64,000 bases of DNA from Ramazzottius varieornatus (Eukaryota; Animalia; Tardigrada). Each line of letters starts with the position of its first letter. The first letter of the stretch is position 1. The notes beneath the pieces were generated by a model that did no database searches, had not been told where the DNA came from, and worked only from the letters and a program-made list of their open reading frames with translations. The stretch covers positions 1,065,226-1,129,225 of the forward strand of contig BDGG01000013.1 of NCBI GenBank assembly GCA_001949185.1, in the 5' to 3' direction. The position numbers were made by a program, and so were the translations under genes. Shown here one piece after another: positions 1-12,377 of the stretch.

Positions 1-690
1 CAAGAATGCCTCGCGAACTGTACTCATAACTGCACGCTTAAACACGGCTTTCATAACTGACGAAACATTGAAAATTTTCACATCAACTGCGGGCGTAACT
101 GGAGCTTTGGGAACAAACGAAACTGCAGCATTAGCCTTGGCTTTACAACAGACACTGTATCTTTAACTGCAGCTTTAACCACTTTGGTGATTTCACTTCA
201 CGTTTAACTTTGACTATTGTCACCAAGTAGAATTTGGTTGCTGACCCGATTCAGCTTTCAGAATCAAAACGGAAAATCCCTCATACCTTGGTTTCGGCAG
301 CCGAATTTTCGGTACATTATTGTTCGTACCAAAGGACCCTTTTCTGACATGGAACTTGAGCGAATATTCAGGGGCATCGGATGGTGGCTTTGCTGTACCT
401 CGCCGTGGCTCAAAGTCTCAAAAAACTGTTCGCCCTTTTGAGACGATACTGCAGGAAACTTCAGGGGCGATTAACATCCAAAACACCCCAGCTTGGGGTT
501 TGGTGTCAAAACGATTGTGTGTGTAGTCTTGCGCTGTATGACGTCATTTTGATGTCAAATGTTTTCAAAAAAAATTGGATGTTTTCAAAAAAAATTTTCT
601 GCGCTGCTTAAATATCATATCAACCTCTCTGATAGTACATGCAAAAGAACGATAAGCTATAAAAATTGATGGACAAAATATGAATGAATA

Positions 691-3600
691 CTATATGGGT
701 CTTTCGTCGGCTCTCAAACGCTTGATTTCATGCTCGGCAATCAAAACATCCGCAAGCGCGAGATGGTTTTTCTTGCTGAAAACAAGCAATTCAAATTTTC
801 TTTTCGACACGCACCTTTGACCCGAGACGTCTGGGATACCGGTACCTGTGGTAATAATAAAACGCCGCACACAAGCAGAGAGACGCTGCTGACAAAACGG
901 TTGTTAGCGCGGCAACCTCTGTACTGCTCAGCAAGGAAAGTCCTGGAATGAATGAGGTACCATGTTATTTCCAGCCCGGTGTGGTGAGTAGGCGGGATGA
1001 CTTCCTACGTACCTCCCGCGCAGGGTCCTCGATTACCATGATACCCGCAGATGGGTTCATTCAGCGGAACGGCGTTCGATGAGTTGACCGGTCCTCCCCA
1101 GTCGATCTCGCCCAGCTTTAGCACCGTCTTCGGCCTTGTGAACTGAAGCTGTAATGCGGGCTACAACAACTGACATAGTATAATTTTCGAACCACCCTAA
1201 GACTTAGGAAGCAGAGTTGTACCTTAAATTTTCCAGTTGCTGGATCCATGTCAAATAGCTCCTCTTGGATCAGCCGTTGCCCAAATTCATCTAGAGCCAC
1301 CTCTGCGAAGCCCAGGTCAAACCGGCGATTCAGAAGCTTCTCTGCCAGCTCTCTTCCACCAAAGGATCGGTACGAATCGTTTTCCCGCAGAGTTTCCTCC
1401 AAAACTTGTCCCAGAATCAGGAAAGACTCCATGACGGAAGACAGCTGAGGAATAGGCTGAAAAGACACCACGTTAGCTACAGTAACACGTAAGTCAGGGC
1501 GGAGTCAAGGTGTCTTTATACTGTACACCAACCGGATCTAGTGCTGGAAACGACAGGTTCAGTGCAGTAACGTAGCCTGTTGATAAGTTCTTAATCGAGG
1601 TCCAGCAGGGCAAGGCGTAGACGGAAACATCAGGGCTGACGATCATAGCTGAACGGTATGCTTCCCTGGCTAAAGTATCGTTTTCATCCCCGTACTGCCA
1701 TATAGCGGGATCCCCAAGAGATTTTGTTTTATAGACGGTGAAACCAATGTAGACCTGGAAGCCCAGAAATCCGAGGCTGCAAACAGTGCAATGACAAACA
1801 TATTCCTAGTACGTCAACGTTCTTACATATTCGCCAGTGCATAGTCCAAGAAGCTTTGCCTGGATCTGTAAGAGTTGTAAGGATTAACAGACAGATCCAC
1901 AAATGAGAAGAATGTACTGTTGAAGAAGCATCTTGGTGCGGGAATTACGAAGACCGACGGGCTAATACCCTTTGTCCTGCACCACATTCAACCGCGGAGC
2001 GTACGACAAAGTTTTGCTCACCATGAGTTGTCGAAACGGTTGGGCGTGACTGATGAACAGTAACACTGCAAGAGTTACGAATACTGACATCTCAGAGTAC
2101 AACAGGGTTCGGGCACATCGCCTTGCTATGGTCGATCAAGTTAGAAAAGTAACGGCTTAAGTCTTGTTGTCCTACCTCGACTAATCAATTGAAAACTTTT
2201 CAGTTCTCTTGTGAAGTCCATCGATGTCTTGGACGTCACCCGATACAGAGTCACTTGCCAATTCCGTTCCCTCAGCAAAGGTACCATGGCCGCTACCATA
2301 GCATGGTATCCGCCATTTGAGCTCTGATCAAAAACGATGACGACGTTGGTCCATCCGAAATAAGGAAGGAAGACAGTGTACATGCCAATATTACTGTCGA
2401 ATGGCGCTGGGGAGAGCGTTAGCGCAGTCGGCGTTACTGTTTTGTCGCGCAAAGATGTGTCGTCCACAGCTCTACATGATACGCAAAAAAACGCCAAGAT
2501 AAGTTTCCCTACGTGAGAGCATTACACGTGTACTGAACGTGCACAAAAGTGAGACACTGAGTTTCTTAAAGAACCGCGTGCTGCAGTGAAGGGCTTAAAA
2601 GACCTGTCTACGGTCACTATGCATCAACAGCTGGCAGTACAGCCCGTTACAGCCAAGTTGATCCGTCTGATCAGAGATTTGTTTCTTCGTACCGAAGGGT
2701 GTTACTACCTATTTCTAACATTATCCACGTTAAGTTTGCTTTCTGTCATCGTTTGGGCAGTGCGAAGGTCGAAATTCATTCTGGGTAGAAAAAGATAAGT
2801 CGAAAAACCACATGAACGTGTCTGTCCGGCCAGAAAACATCCGACCCAGTTGATCGAAGTGCCACTCCTTTTCTAGTCACGATTTTACATCTCACAGTGT
2901 TTTGAATTTAAGCCCAAACGTGTATTGTCGAAACACTGAACAAATACTCTTCTTTCAAACTGTACGCACTAAAATGTTATTTTGTTTATCAATCAGGAAA
3001 CAGAAGTTTTAAAATCGTGTTGTAAGCAAAGTGCAGAAGTTTGTCTCGACGAGGAGATTCAAAAGTTGTTTTTTCGGAGCTGCCTGTTTCCTGAGTGTTG
3101 TGAAATTCGGTGTAATAGAGAGTGAGGTGTCAAATATCCCAAATTAGGTTGGAATGGTACAGATAATGACGATTCAACAATTTTAGAATCGAGATGAAGG
3201 TTCAGTGGGATCGACTTGGCTGTGACGGGCTGTACGTGGTCCTTGTGGCGCGCGATGCAGGCATACTTAATCTAAGTAGTCGGATTTCCTATGAAAATCA
3301 GATAAAGCTGGTGAATGGCTGGCCTTGTTTTTTCCGATTACAGACATGCAATGTACAACACTCTCCGCTCTGCCTCTTTTACAGTAATTCACATGTTACG
3401 GGATACCGACGCAATTGGAGACAGAGTGCTGCAATTCCTCGATGACCTCTGCATCAGGCGTGACTTAATTTCAACCCTAGAGCTTTTAGGGTTTTCCACC
3501 TTTCCACCCTAGAAACAGAGGTGCCCTTGACGGGGTGCAAGTGGTACCGGAAATCAGTTCAAAGTGCCTTTCATAAGATTTGCTTCTACAAGATGACTAA

Positions 3601-6254
3601 TTTATAGTGACCTGAGGAAAACTAGAGGCCGGAAAGGCGGACGGAACCGTTACTCGACAGTTCAAAAAATCATTATCCAAGCCGTTAGTGAATGTCCCAC
3701 TAACGTCAACTTGCACACCCGCTCAGACTAAATCACTGTACGTAAAAGTATCAGATCCCGGTCTTGCATTACCGACGATAGTTTTCAATTGAATAATACA
3801 ATGAGAGTACCACGACACGTTTCAAAGATTTATGCGTCTTTTGGTGCACCTGAGCATCCCTGTGAGTTCAAAGAGCTCGAATTGTGTATTGCCAGTTTCA
3901 GTTGAGCTCTGGTAACACGGTACTAGCTAGTGATTCTGACCACTGGGAAGGCCGAGCAGAAACAAAGAAGCACAAGTTTTGCGAGTAAAAACTTTGCTAC
4001 TCGGATCAAGTTGCGGACTTGTTTTCAGTACAGAGGTTGCGATATCTGAAAGCTCGAACAATCTGATCGTCCATTGAAATCTTAACAGACTTGAAAGGGC
4101 CTCGCTTCGCTGGGCCTGAATATTGGAAAGGGGGAAACACGGTATCAATCTGATTTGAGTATAGCCGACCGGCGTACAGCATTTCTGTCCCTTTCGTTCC
4201 GCCGTTGCTTCTGTTGTGGTTGTATCAAGTCAGCGTTGTACGATGGCGTACGTTTCTGTGCCAGCAAGCACGGCGCACAGACAACACGGCCAACAATTTG
4301 GGGAAGTTGCACTGAGAGAAACGCACGGCTGAGCTTGCCAGACTGCTGTATGAGTCAGCAGTTTGCGGCAGTATGGGAAGCTCTTCCGGGCATCAGTTCA
4401 AACATTGCGAGCATGTATCGGTCAGAGCGATCAAACGATCTGTCACGACCTCTTCTACGTCACCCTACACAGCCATCAGGCGTGCTGATACGTCACGATT
4501 TGAACAGCCAGTCAAAAACTGAGCCTAAAACAAGCGCCTACAGATTTTAGGACAGACAAAAAATTGCGACGCCCTCGGACATGCTTCTAAGTGCAAGTAT
4601 GATACGTAGGCAGTTGCCTGTCGCGCTGTATTTTACCATACCATGCTCGCCTGCGGCTCACTCCGTAACTTGGAGGGCTGCAAGCTTTGTGGTGTGTCGT
4701 GATTAATTCATCACCTTCACGTAGGGCACCACAGAGCCACTCTTTTGCGCCAGTACCGTGAACGTGTTTTGAGCGGATAATCATTTGTATAACCTCATCA
4801 ACCAAATTTTTTCAAAGCTGCAATCCACAGCTCTCCCATAGAAAACGGGACTACACTACATTCCAGTCGAAAGCGATGAGAAACCAGTACCTGCGCCCCA
4901 CCTTTCTCCCTTGTTTTACGCAGAGTTGACCTTCTCGAAAAGCCAAATACTGTAGCACGAAGGCCTTGCCAGTTGACAAACAGACTCTCGTTCCTCGGGC
5001 AAACCATTCGTTTGATTTATTCAGATGAACGCAGGAACACTACATACCAGCGTTTTCATAAACTTGCACAATCAATCTTTCTCGAATTTATACTAGTACA
5101 GTCGCTAATTTCAGATGACCTTTGCCTGATCTTGGACGGTTTTCCGAACTTTGTTGCCAACGTTAAAAGCAAGTTTTTACTAGCTTAATTAGAAGCAGAG
5201 GGATGCAGATTGCTATACTGGCAAGCGAGTTTAACACTTTTTCGAAGAAACATAAACTGGTCCCATTCGAGAGTGTCGGGAATATGTTGCTGCGATTTTT
5301 ATTCAAAAATTCCTTCTCGGCCGGTCCATGACCTCTTCAGAAGTTTCTTTCGAGGTTACATCATTACGAGTGTAGGACATAGCTCTACAGGAATGGGCAG
5401 ACGTGCAACCGTCTGATCCATCAGCAACTCTGGAGATCTCTGGTGCGGCACAGCATTGTTAACCTGAGTTTTCTTATAAAACCTGATGCTTTTTTAACCC
5501 TTCGAACAACCAATCTTCCAGACTAGAGCATAACTGACCCTGGTACTGCTGACCGAACATCTGTACCATGACTTACGTGGCAATCATCAGGATATTCCAG
5601 TTTGACAGCAAGCGATTTACTTCGGCAAACTCCAAACATACTACAAATAACGAAATCGCGAGAGTGATAACGGAGCAATCGTTTGGCATGGACAAGTTAA
5701 TACAGACCTGGCGTTTCCAACAATTCTCGCTTAAACGACTAAACAATAATTTTTAAAAAACTAATTTTGGTCGGGAACCTGCATTTTGAAGATGTTAGTA
5801 TTCCCACAATGAAAATTCTTGACCTTGAAAGCTAAGAAAAGGAAACTTTTTGCAAGAAAACCATTTTTTCAACAATCAGTTTGATTATTTGTACAACGCT
5901 TTCGTTGAAAACGCAAGGTCCCTATTAAGTACCAGGAGAAACGAAAGCATATACGTCGGCGCTTGTCCGTCTCTTGTAGTACCACTCGGATAACATGAAA
6001 CTCGCTTGGCTGGCAAGGTCCAGGCAGTTTAATATCTGCGAGTCAACGAGATAATTATGAGTTAGACTGAAGTTCTGGCCGTGGTCCAGTCGAAATTTGG
6101 CTGCTGCAAGATCGAAGGTAGGACCCAAATTCTGCATCGAAATCCCCGTGGCGTTCGTCACAAGTCCCAAAGTAACCACTTCCACCAGCTCCATTCCGTC
6201 GGTTTTCAGATACGTGAGGAACAGTATGAATGTTAGGAAACGGCGATTAGGCAT
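691..6254 (-). CDS. ANF-receptor/natriuretic peptide receptor-like single-pass membrane protein, copy A (multi-exon, short tail, no kinase-homology or cyclase domain)
   Basis: Signal-peptide exon 6254-5930 (MPNRRFLTFILFL...VEVVTLG...MLSEWYYKRR..VYAFVSP); exon ~5640-5577 (VCLEFAEVNRLLSNWNILMIAT); exon ~2470-2176 (DDTSLRDKTVTPTALT..FGWTNVVIVFD); small exons 2065-1530; exon ~1460-1222 (GGRELAEKLLNRRFDLG..DEFGQR); exon to ~1014 (IDWGGP..VPLNEPICGY); TM exon ~942-843 (LLSTEVAALTTVLSAASLCLCAAFYYYH); short last exon ending TAG at ~691. Colinear with copies B and C. Exon edges are approximate. Confidence 0.75.
3923..4122 (-). mobile_element. Helentron-associated/DINE-like non-autonomous element (copy 1, in intron 2 of receptor A)
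   Basis: Reverse complement matches 57985-58218 and 30074-30230: GGCC(C/G)AGCGAAGCGAGGCCCTTTCAAG start, CTCGGCC subterminal inverted repeat, 3' stem-loop, CTAG end. Confidence 0.6.
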
Positions 6255-7191
6255 GACGAAGCACGAACCGGAAGTCGGCCCCATTGTTAATATCAGCTGT
6301 AAACTGCACAAAAAAAGGTTGAGAGTAAAATGGCAGATTCAGACCTATCACACGAAGGAAGTACAGCAAAAACATCCTTCCTGTGTTCAAATGTAGTGCA
6401 TGCTTAAGCAGCAGAGATATCCGACGCTTTTAGCCCGTTCATCACTCGAAGTAACAACTTATTGGATAATGAATGACCTGAGAAGAAGATCGGAACAGAC
6501 TTAACATCCGGTCGCGCCTCGAGCTGGATGCCGCGTCGCGGTAAACGCCGGGATTCAAAGTATCCCCGGCACGTCATTTCTTACTTATACGGACCGACGC
6601 AAAGCGCACACGTGCAATGGTCCAGCGCGGAAGGTGATCAGACAGACTCATTGGGTGGTCCCCTTTGAATGTGCTGACCTTTATTGTGTTCGACAAATTA
6701 CCGTATCGAATGTGGGATGATTTCAGGGGGAAGATTTAAGGGGTCGCCCCACATCAAAATGTGCCCACAAAGCCCACGATGAGACTTTCAGACCATGTCA
6801 AAACGCCGATCATGTTACCGATGCTTTTAAGTAATAGCTATGACACTGGGCTCTCGACAAACTATGAAGAGGAAATGCCGCCCAGCACTTCCGGGAGCTA
6901 GAGAAAGTTGAGGTGAAGGTCCGTTCATCAACTGAATCAGTACGGAGAAACGCCAAGGTTTACCTCAGGAACTCCAGATTACCGACTATTAGGTGCTCAA
7001 AACGAAGTGGGTTGATATTAACTTTTATGATTGACTCTTGTTAATCGGAACTATGGCACGAAGTTATCACAGTTGTAATCGTTAATCAAGGAACAATCAA
7101 CACACAGGCTATCCTTCTATCAAGAGCGCCTCACGAACTGTATTTTGTGCGGTACGCGATGATCACAGTACAGCGCGGTTTTTGGGAAGCA

Positions 7192-7332
7192 AATGATAAA
7201 ATTATTGTTCACGATAATTGTGTTTAATGGTCAGGTGATGGACTAGTTCCCATAGTAATTCTCGATCGCAGACGGACTTCGATGTGCCGAAGAATTCCCT
7301 GTGTCGCTTTATCGCTTTGTGAAACGTCTTGA
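7192..7332 (+). repeat. Ngaro split direct repeat A1 (141 bp, matches A2 11334-11474)
   Basis: AATGATAAAATTATTGTTCACG...GAAACGTCTTGA present at both positions with no difference seen. Confidence 0.95.
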
Positions 7333-7350
7333 AAAATCGTTTTGCGAGAA

Positions 7351-8715
7351 ATGTCCGAGTCCAACCCTCGCAACGCATCCGGCGAACTGCCTAACGAGCA
7401 ATTGCTCTCCGAAAACGAGGAACCCGCCCTACCGGAAGTACCACCTCGCCGACAACTCCGCCCGCGGAAAGAGCAAACTACCAACAAGAAACAAACCCAG
7501 CGTCTTAAACACACCAAACGACTTTCCCGCAAAGCCAAGCCGACAACTACCCCAGCCGCAGCAAACCCTACTACCCCACAGTGCACCCTACCAAGCATCA
7601 CCCTCGCGCAAGTCGTCCAGCAGATGCACGCTCTAACTGCCGCACTTTCCCGATCCAACCTTACCCCTAGTCCAGTCGTCCTCTCACCATCCACCACTCT
7701 CCAACCTGTCTTCAACCAAGCCTCCACCTCTACTCCAAACACACAGTCACCTACCACCAAGAAACCCAAACGTTCCTCACACTACGATATCGATCTCACC
7801 TACTCGTCCGACGAGTCTAGCAGCGAAGAAGCCCAGTCTTCCGAGCCAGACAGCGACATCGGCGATAGGAGACGAGCTAACCACAAACTCAAGTACCACC
7901 ACACCCGACAAGGCCCACTGAAACTTCGTAAGTCTGATTACGATACTTTATGTGACTCGCCCTATCTTCCACCCGTTAAGGAAGGGCTTCTCAAAGCCCT
8001 TTTTGACGAACGCCAGTACGTCAAGATAAGCGACCTGACTGAGGAAAATCGCATACCGGGCGCGGAGAAGACCAAGGGACACAGCACACAAGTCACCACC
8101 GATGCCGAAACCGGACAGCTGGTTCTTAAACCAGCGACTAAAGTCTCCTCCATTACCACTTTCACCGAATACGTCGAGTGCTTCACCGTGCTAATGGCGT
8201 ATCGCGTCACGGTCAACCCGAAGCTGGCACTACCCATGACCAGCTACCTCAACGTCATGGCCGAACTAGCGCACCCCGACCGTGGTTTTCCCTCCGACAA
8301 ATGGCTGGCCTATGACGCTCGCCTGCGCATCACAGCGGCTCGCCACCCCACTGACTTGAGCCTCTGGTCAACAGTGCACGCCGACATCAAGCAGCGCACA
8401 TGTCTGACCAACTCTAACGGCCCCTCCATTTCACGCGAACACGGTCACAAAGTCCAAGTCCGAGTCACCGAAAGCTATAACCAGCCCTTTCGGACCAACC
8501 CCGCCGCAGACGGGGAAATCTGTAAGCGGTACAACCGTGGCCAGTGTCCCGACGAGCCATGCCCCAATGCCTTCTCCCACTCTTGCTCCTACTGCAAAAA
8601 GCCAGGCCATACCCGCTTCTACTGCAACCGCAATCCCGATCGGTACCACAGCAACGACCGGAACCAACAAGGCAGTCGTCATACCGCACAAAGCCTCAAC
8701 TCCACTGAAATCTAA
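7351..8715 (+). CDS. Ngaro Gag-like ORF1 with C-terminal CCCH/CCHC zinc fingers
   Basis: ORF 7342..8715; W..YD..LR motif (KWLAYDARLR) typical of DIRS-order gag; CKRYNRGQC...C..HSCSYCKKPGH. Confidence 0.85.
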   Translation: MSESNPRNASGELPNEQLLSENEEPALPEVPPRRQLRPRKEQTTNKKQTQRLKHTKRLSRKAKPTTTPAAANPTTPQCTLPSITLAQVVQQMHALTAALSRSNLTPSPVVLSPSTTLQPVFNQASTSTPNTQSPTTKKPKRSSHYDIDLTYSSDESSSEEAQSSEPDSDIGDRRRANHKLKYHHTRQGPLKLRKSDYDTLCDSPYLPPVKEGLLKALFDERQYVKISDLTEENRIPGAEKTKGHSTQVTTDAETGQLVLKPATKVSSITTFTEYVECFTVLMAYRVTVNPKLALPMTSYLNVMAELAHPDRGFPSDKWLAYDARLRITAARHPTDLSLWSTVHADIKQRTCLTNSNGPSISREHGHKVQVRVTESYNQPFRTNPAADGEICKRYNRGQCPDEPCPNAFSHSCSYCKKPGHTRFYCNRNPDRYHSNDRNQQGSRHTAQSLNSTEI

Positions 8716-10144
8716 CACCTTCAGACGTTACCTCCGAGATCATCCCGACCGAGGCTTCGTACAAATGGTGCTGGACATTATCGATAACGGCGCGGACATT
8801 GGCTTCAACGGTCCCCGCTACCCTCGTTTCACAAAGAACTCCGCCACAGCAAGAGAGTTTAGCGAGGTTCTTCTTAAGTCTATTACGAAAGAGGTTGCCT
8901 CGGGCCACTCCGTGGGTCCGTTCTTTTCTCCCCCTTTTCCCAATTTCGTGGTCAGCTCCCTGGGCGTCCGCGAGAAGAAAACCGGAGGTCACCGCATCAT
9001 CATGGATCTTTCCCGACCTTTCGGCGACTCTGTTAACGATCACATCAGCCCCGAGGACTACTCCCTTGCTTTCTGTTCCGTCGATGACGCATGCAACATG
9101 CTACAGACCGTTGGCAAAGGCGCACTCATGGCAAAGGAGGACGTAAAGGCAGCCTTCCGCCTAATTCCTGTCCGACCTCTGGACTGGCCTCTTCTCGGCT
9201 ACATGGTAAGCGGCTCTTACTACTTCGACGTAGTTCTACCTTTCGGCTGCCGTTCCTCGCCCTTCCTTTTCTGCCTGTTCTCCTATGCGGTGCACTGGAT
9301 ACTCGAACACCACACGCAGCACCACAATATTCTACACTACGTCGATGACTTCCTAATCATTGGCCGAACCGAGTGCCCTCACGTCGTGAGCGAAATGAGG
9401 CGGCTATGCCACGAACTGGGCGTGCCCCTCGCCACCGAGAAAGCGGAAGGACCCTCGACCAGCTTGACCTTTCTCGGTATTCAGCTAGACTCCGTTGCAC
9501 AAACGCTCAGTCTACCCCAGTCCAAAACCGACGAGATCATGGCTCTGTTGGTCACGTGGTCTGACGCTGACACCATCACCCGTACCGAACTACAAAGCCT
9601 AATCGGNCAGCTGCAGTTTNNNNNNNNNNNNNNNNNNNNNNNNNNNNNNNNNNNNNNNNNNNNNNNNNNCCGGCTCGACATCTTATGGTGGCGAACTTTT
9701 CTCCCTAAATGGAATGGAAAGACTTCCTTCTTGGACATTAACTGGACCTGCAGCTCTGTCCTTCAGCTATACACAGACGCCTCCGCTACCTTAGGCATGG
9801 GCGGTTATTTTAACGGGCAATGGTTTCAGTCACGATGGCCGACATGGGTCATCGAAAAAGCGCCTTGTATTGAATATTTAGAAATGTTACCCATCCTCAT
9901 AGCTCTCCTCGTTTGGGGCAAGTCATTTCACAGGAAACGCCTTGTCTTTCACTGCGATAACCTTGGAGCGGTTTTTGCGTGGGAGAAGTTAGGCTCCAGC
10001 AACAGCGCAGTACTAGACCTCATGCGGCGTATGACTACAATCGCCGCGGAAAATAATTTCACCCTTACCATCAAGCACATTAGCGGCGTCAATAACAATA
10101 TTGCTGACGCTCTTTCGCGTTTTCAGAGAGGTTCCGCCAGATAG
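8537..10144 (+). CDS. Ngaro reverse transcriptase-RNase H (spans an assembly gap)
   Basis: RIIMDLS, EDVKAAFRLIP, LPFGCRSSP, YVDDFL, TFLGIQLDS; RNase H YTDAS, HCDN, ADALSR; N run 9620-9669. Confidence 0.93.
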   Translation: MASVPTSHAPMPSPTLAPTAKSQAIPASTATAIPIGTTATTGTNKAVVIPHKASTPLKSNTFRRYLRDHPDRGFVQMVLDIIDNGADIGFNGPRYPRFTKNSATAREFSEVLLKSITKEVASGHSVGPFFSPPFPNFVVSSLGVREKKTGGHRIIMDLSRPFGDSVNDHISPEDYSLAFCSVDDACNMLQTVGKGALMAKEDVKAAFRLIPVRPLDWPLLGYMVSGSYYFDVVLPFGCRSSPFLFCLFSYAVHWILEHHTQHHNILHYVDDFLIIGRTECPHVVSEMRRLCHELGVPLATEKAEGPSTSLTFLGIQLDSVAQTLSLPQSKTDEIMALLVTWSDADTITRTELQSLIXQLQFXXXXXXXXXXXXXXXXXRLDILWWRTFLPKWNGKTSFLDINWTCSSVLQLYTDASATLGMGGYFNGQWFQSRWPTWVIEKAPCIEYLEMLPILIALLVWGKSFHRKRLVFHCDNLGAVFAWEKLGSSNSAVLDLMRRMTTIAAENNFTLTIKHISGVNNNIADALSRFQRGSAR

Positions 10145-11168
10145 CACCAACGGCCGACACATACCCGGTCCACGTACCGAACGGACTCGAGGAATTGCAG
10201 CAGACCTACGACCGCTGGTATCCCTGAAGTACCAGCGCGAGGTTAACGACCTGCTCCACCATCACATCGGCGCAAGCACGAGAGCCACCTACAGTGCCGC
10301 CGTCAGGCAGTTCACTCTGTTCTGCCAAAGTCATGCCCACGATCATTACCGGTGGTATCCGAACGTCATCCTACAGTACATAGGCTTCCTGCACACTAAA
10401 CAAATTTCCTACTCCACTGCGAAGGTTTACCTGAGTGGAATCAACAACAACTTCGTCGAACAAGGTCAAGAAAGTTTTCTCAAACACCCCGACATTGCGC
10501 GGTCCTTACAAGGCTTCAAACGCCTGCACCCCACGCCGAAAGATAGGAGGCTCCCAATCACTCTTACGACGCTACGTCACATGAAGCAACGTCTGACGTC
10601 AGAACCGTTAATTTCGCCGCTTGACAAAGCCCTATTCTGGTCTGCCTGCACCTTAGCCTACTCTGGCTACCTGCGCGCCAGCGAGTTCACGGCAAGGAGG
10701 GGTCCTGCGTCCCACACACTACAATTTAGGGACGTAAAAGTCAAACAACAGTCGATCTCACTACTACTCCGAACGTCGAAAACTGATCAGTACGCAAAAG
10801 GAAACAAGATACGAATTCCCGCCACCGGTCGCTTCGTGTGTCCAGTAGCGGCGATCCGAGAGTACCTGCAACTACGCCCTGATACCGAGACACAGGACGG
10901 ACCCTTCTTCGTCCGACTCCGGAGTGCGCCACTGACGCGCAGTTTCTTCGCCTCGACTTTGAAGAGCTGCCTAAGCGGATTTCCGAACGCGAGTCGCTAT
11001 TCCACGCACAGTTTCCGCATCGGCGCCGCGACAGAAGCCTCTCGACAAGGACTGAACCCCGATGAGATTCGGCAAGCCGGTCGCTGGAAAAGCACATGCT
11101 ACGCCGGATACATACGGAAGAAGAGCTACGCGACTGAACTAAATATTTACTCTAACCTCTTAAATTAA
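10101..11168 (+). CDS. Ngaro tyrosine recombinase
   Basis: LRASEF (R), SKTDQ (K), HSFRIGAAT (HxxR), GRWKS (W), YIR (Y): full catalytic set. Confidence 0.93.
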   Translation: MLTLFRVFREVPPDSTNGRHIPGPRTERTRGIAADLRPLVSLKYQREVNDLLHHHIGASTRATYSAAVRQFTLFCQSHAHDHYRWYPNVILQYIGFLHTKQISYSTAKVYLSGINNNFVEQGQESFLKHPDIARSLQGFKRLHPTPKDRRLPITLTTLRHMKQRLTSEPLISPLDKALFWSACTLAYSGYLRASEFTARRGPASHTLQFRDVKVKQQSISLLLRTSKTDQYAKGNKIRIPATGRFVCPVAAIREYLQLRPDTETQDGPFFVRLRSAPLTRSFFASTLKSCLSGFPNASRYSTHSFRIGAATEASRQGLNPDEIRQAGRWKSTCYAGYIRKKSYATELNIYSNLLN

Positions 11169-11178
11169 ATGCTTGCTT

Positions 11179-11673
11179 GGGGCCTCTGAGCTTGCTAACG
11201 GGACCGGCGCAGCTCAGAGTTTCTCCACCAACTTTACGACAGCTGCGTCGACGACGCCCATCGATGCGATCAGACGGCCCCACAGGCCAAACTTTGCCTC
11301 GTGTTCGTTTTGCTTCCATCATGTTAGAACATTAATGATAAAATTATTGTTCACGATAATTGTGTTTAATGGTCAGGTGATGGACTAGTTCCCATAGTAA
11401 TTCTCGATCGCAGACGGACTTCGATGTGCCGAAGAATTCCCTGTGTCGCTTTATCGCTTTGTGAAACGTCTTGACCACCATCCCACCCTGCACGCTAATT
11501 AGCCGCGAAAGTTCAATAAAGGGGGCCTCTGAGCTTGCTAACGGGACCGGCGCAGCTCAGAGTTTCTCCACCAACTTTACGACAGCTGCGTCGACGACGC
11601 CCATCGATGCGATCAGACGGCCCCACAGGCTAAACTTTGCCTCGTGTTCGTTTTGCTTCCATCATGTTAGAAC
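11179..11673 (+). repeat. Ngaro 3' B1-A2-B2 repeat block
   Basis: B1 11179-11330 and B2 11522-11673 (152 bp, one mismatch seen: GGCCAAAC vs GGCTAAAC); A2 lies between them; AATAAA at ~11515. Confidence 0.93.
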
Positions 11674-12213
11674 GTTAACTCGTATGAATCGACAAACGCA
11701 TTAGGTCTTTGGTTGGAATAGTACCAATCCTTTTACCACGCGCCCCCACCGCCAGTTGTGGGAGGCGGAGACAGATCGAAAGCACTTAGATACTATTGGT
11801 GCATGGGGTGACACGCACGTGCATCTGTGAGGACTGAAGCGCATCTGACCGGAGCGTAACCATGTGCGACAACATTGAGGTTGTGCAGCGGGTTCGGGCA
11901 TGGTTAATCTCGATTGTGTCTCGTCATACGGCGCCAGAATAGTGACGTCATGTACGCGGACTTTATGGTAACCGATTCGCATGCTGCGCCCCAGCATTTC
12001 ATGCGGTACCACCGTGCGAGTACAAGAGTACGGTGGAACGACATGCAGTTGCGCCTGAGACACGTCTAGAGTCAGCTGTTTTGGCCTATCTGGCTTGCCC
12101 CGTATGTCGGGTGGTAAAAGGATTGGCACTACATTAGAGTATCTGGACTTGAAAGGGCAGTACCTCCACAGATCGGTGTAACGAGGAGAAGTAAGCTGTC
12201 TGAAAATCAACGA

Positions 12214-12377
12214 TTGTAAAATTACAAAAAAAAATCCTCTGCGTCCGCACAGTACGTCCACGGAAGTGACAATGCGACCCCGTGGGGAATTTAACAGACA
12301 GTAAAGCTGGACCGGTGTTGTATTTCATGTGGAGGTTGTACAATTATGAGTTGCGCGGACGCAGCGAATTTGCACAG
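12214..12377. mobile_element. MITE (CTGT..AATTCGCTGCGTCCGCGCAG family), degenerate copy
   Basis: Ends resemble the copies at 26184-26327 and 53569-53713. Confidence 0.55.

Larger units (their letters stand above)
7192..11673 (+). mobile_element. Ngaro-type (DIRS order) tyrosine-recombinase retrotransposon, near full length
   Basis: Split direct repeats A1 7192-7332, B1 11179-11330, A2 11334-11474, B2 11522-11673 in A1-[gag,pol,YR]-B1-A2-B2 order, enclosing three overlapping ORFs. Confidence 0.95.

Noticed and set aside
1-215. Repeated AACTGC/TTTAAC motifs, possibly low-complexity coding on the minus strand
   Set aside because: Truncated by the window edge and interrupted by stops; cannot be supported
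11179-11673. Direct repeats resembling LTRs or a CRISPR-like array
   Set aside because: They are the split direct repeats of the Ngaro element; no repeat-spacer periodicity and no cas genes
11701-12261. 186-aa ORF beside the Ngaro element
   Set aside because: No motif or composition support; begins inside a MITE
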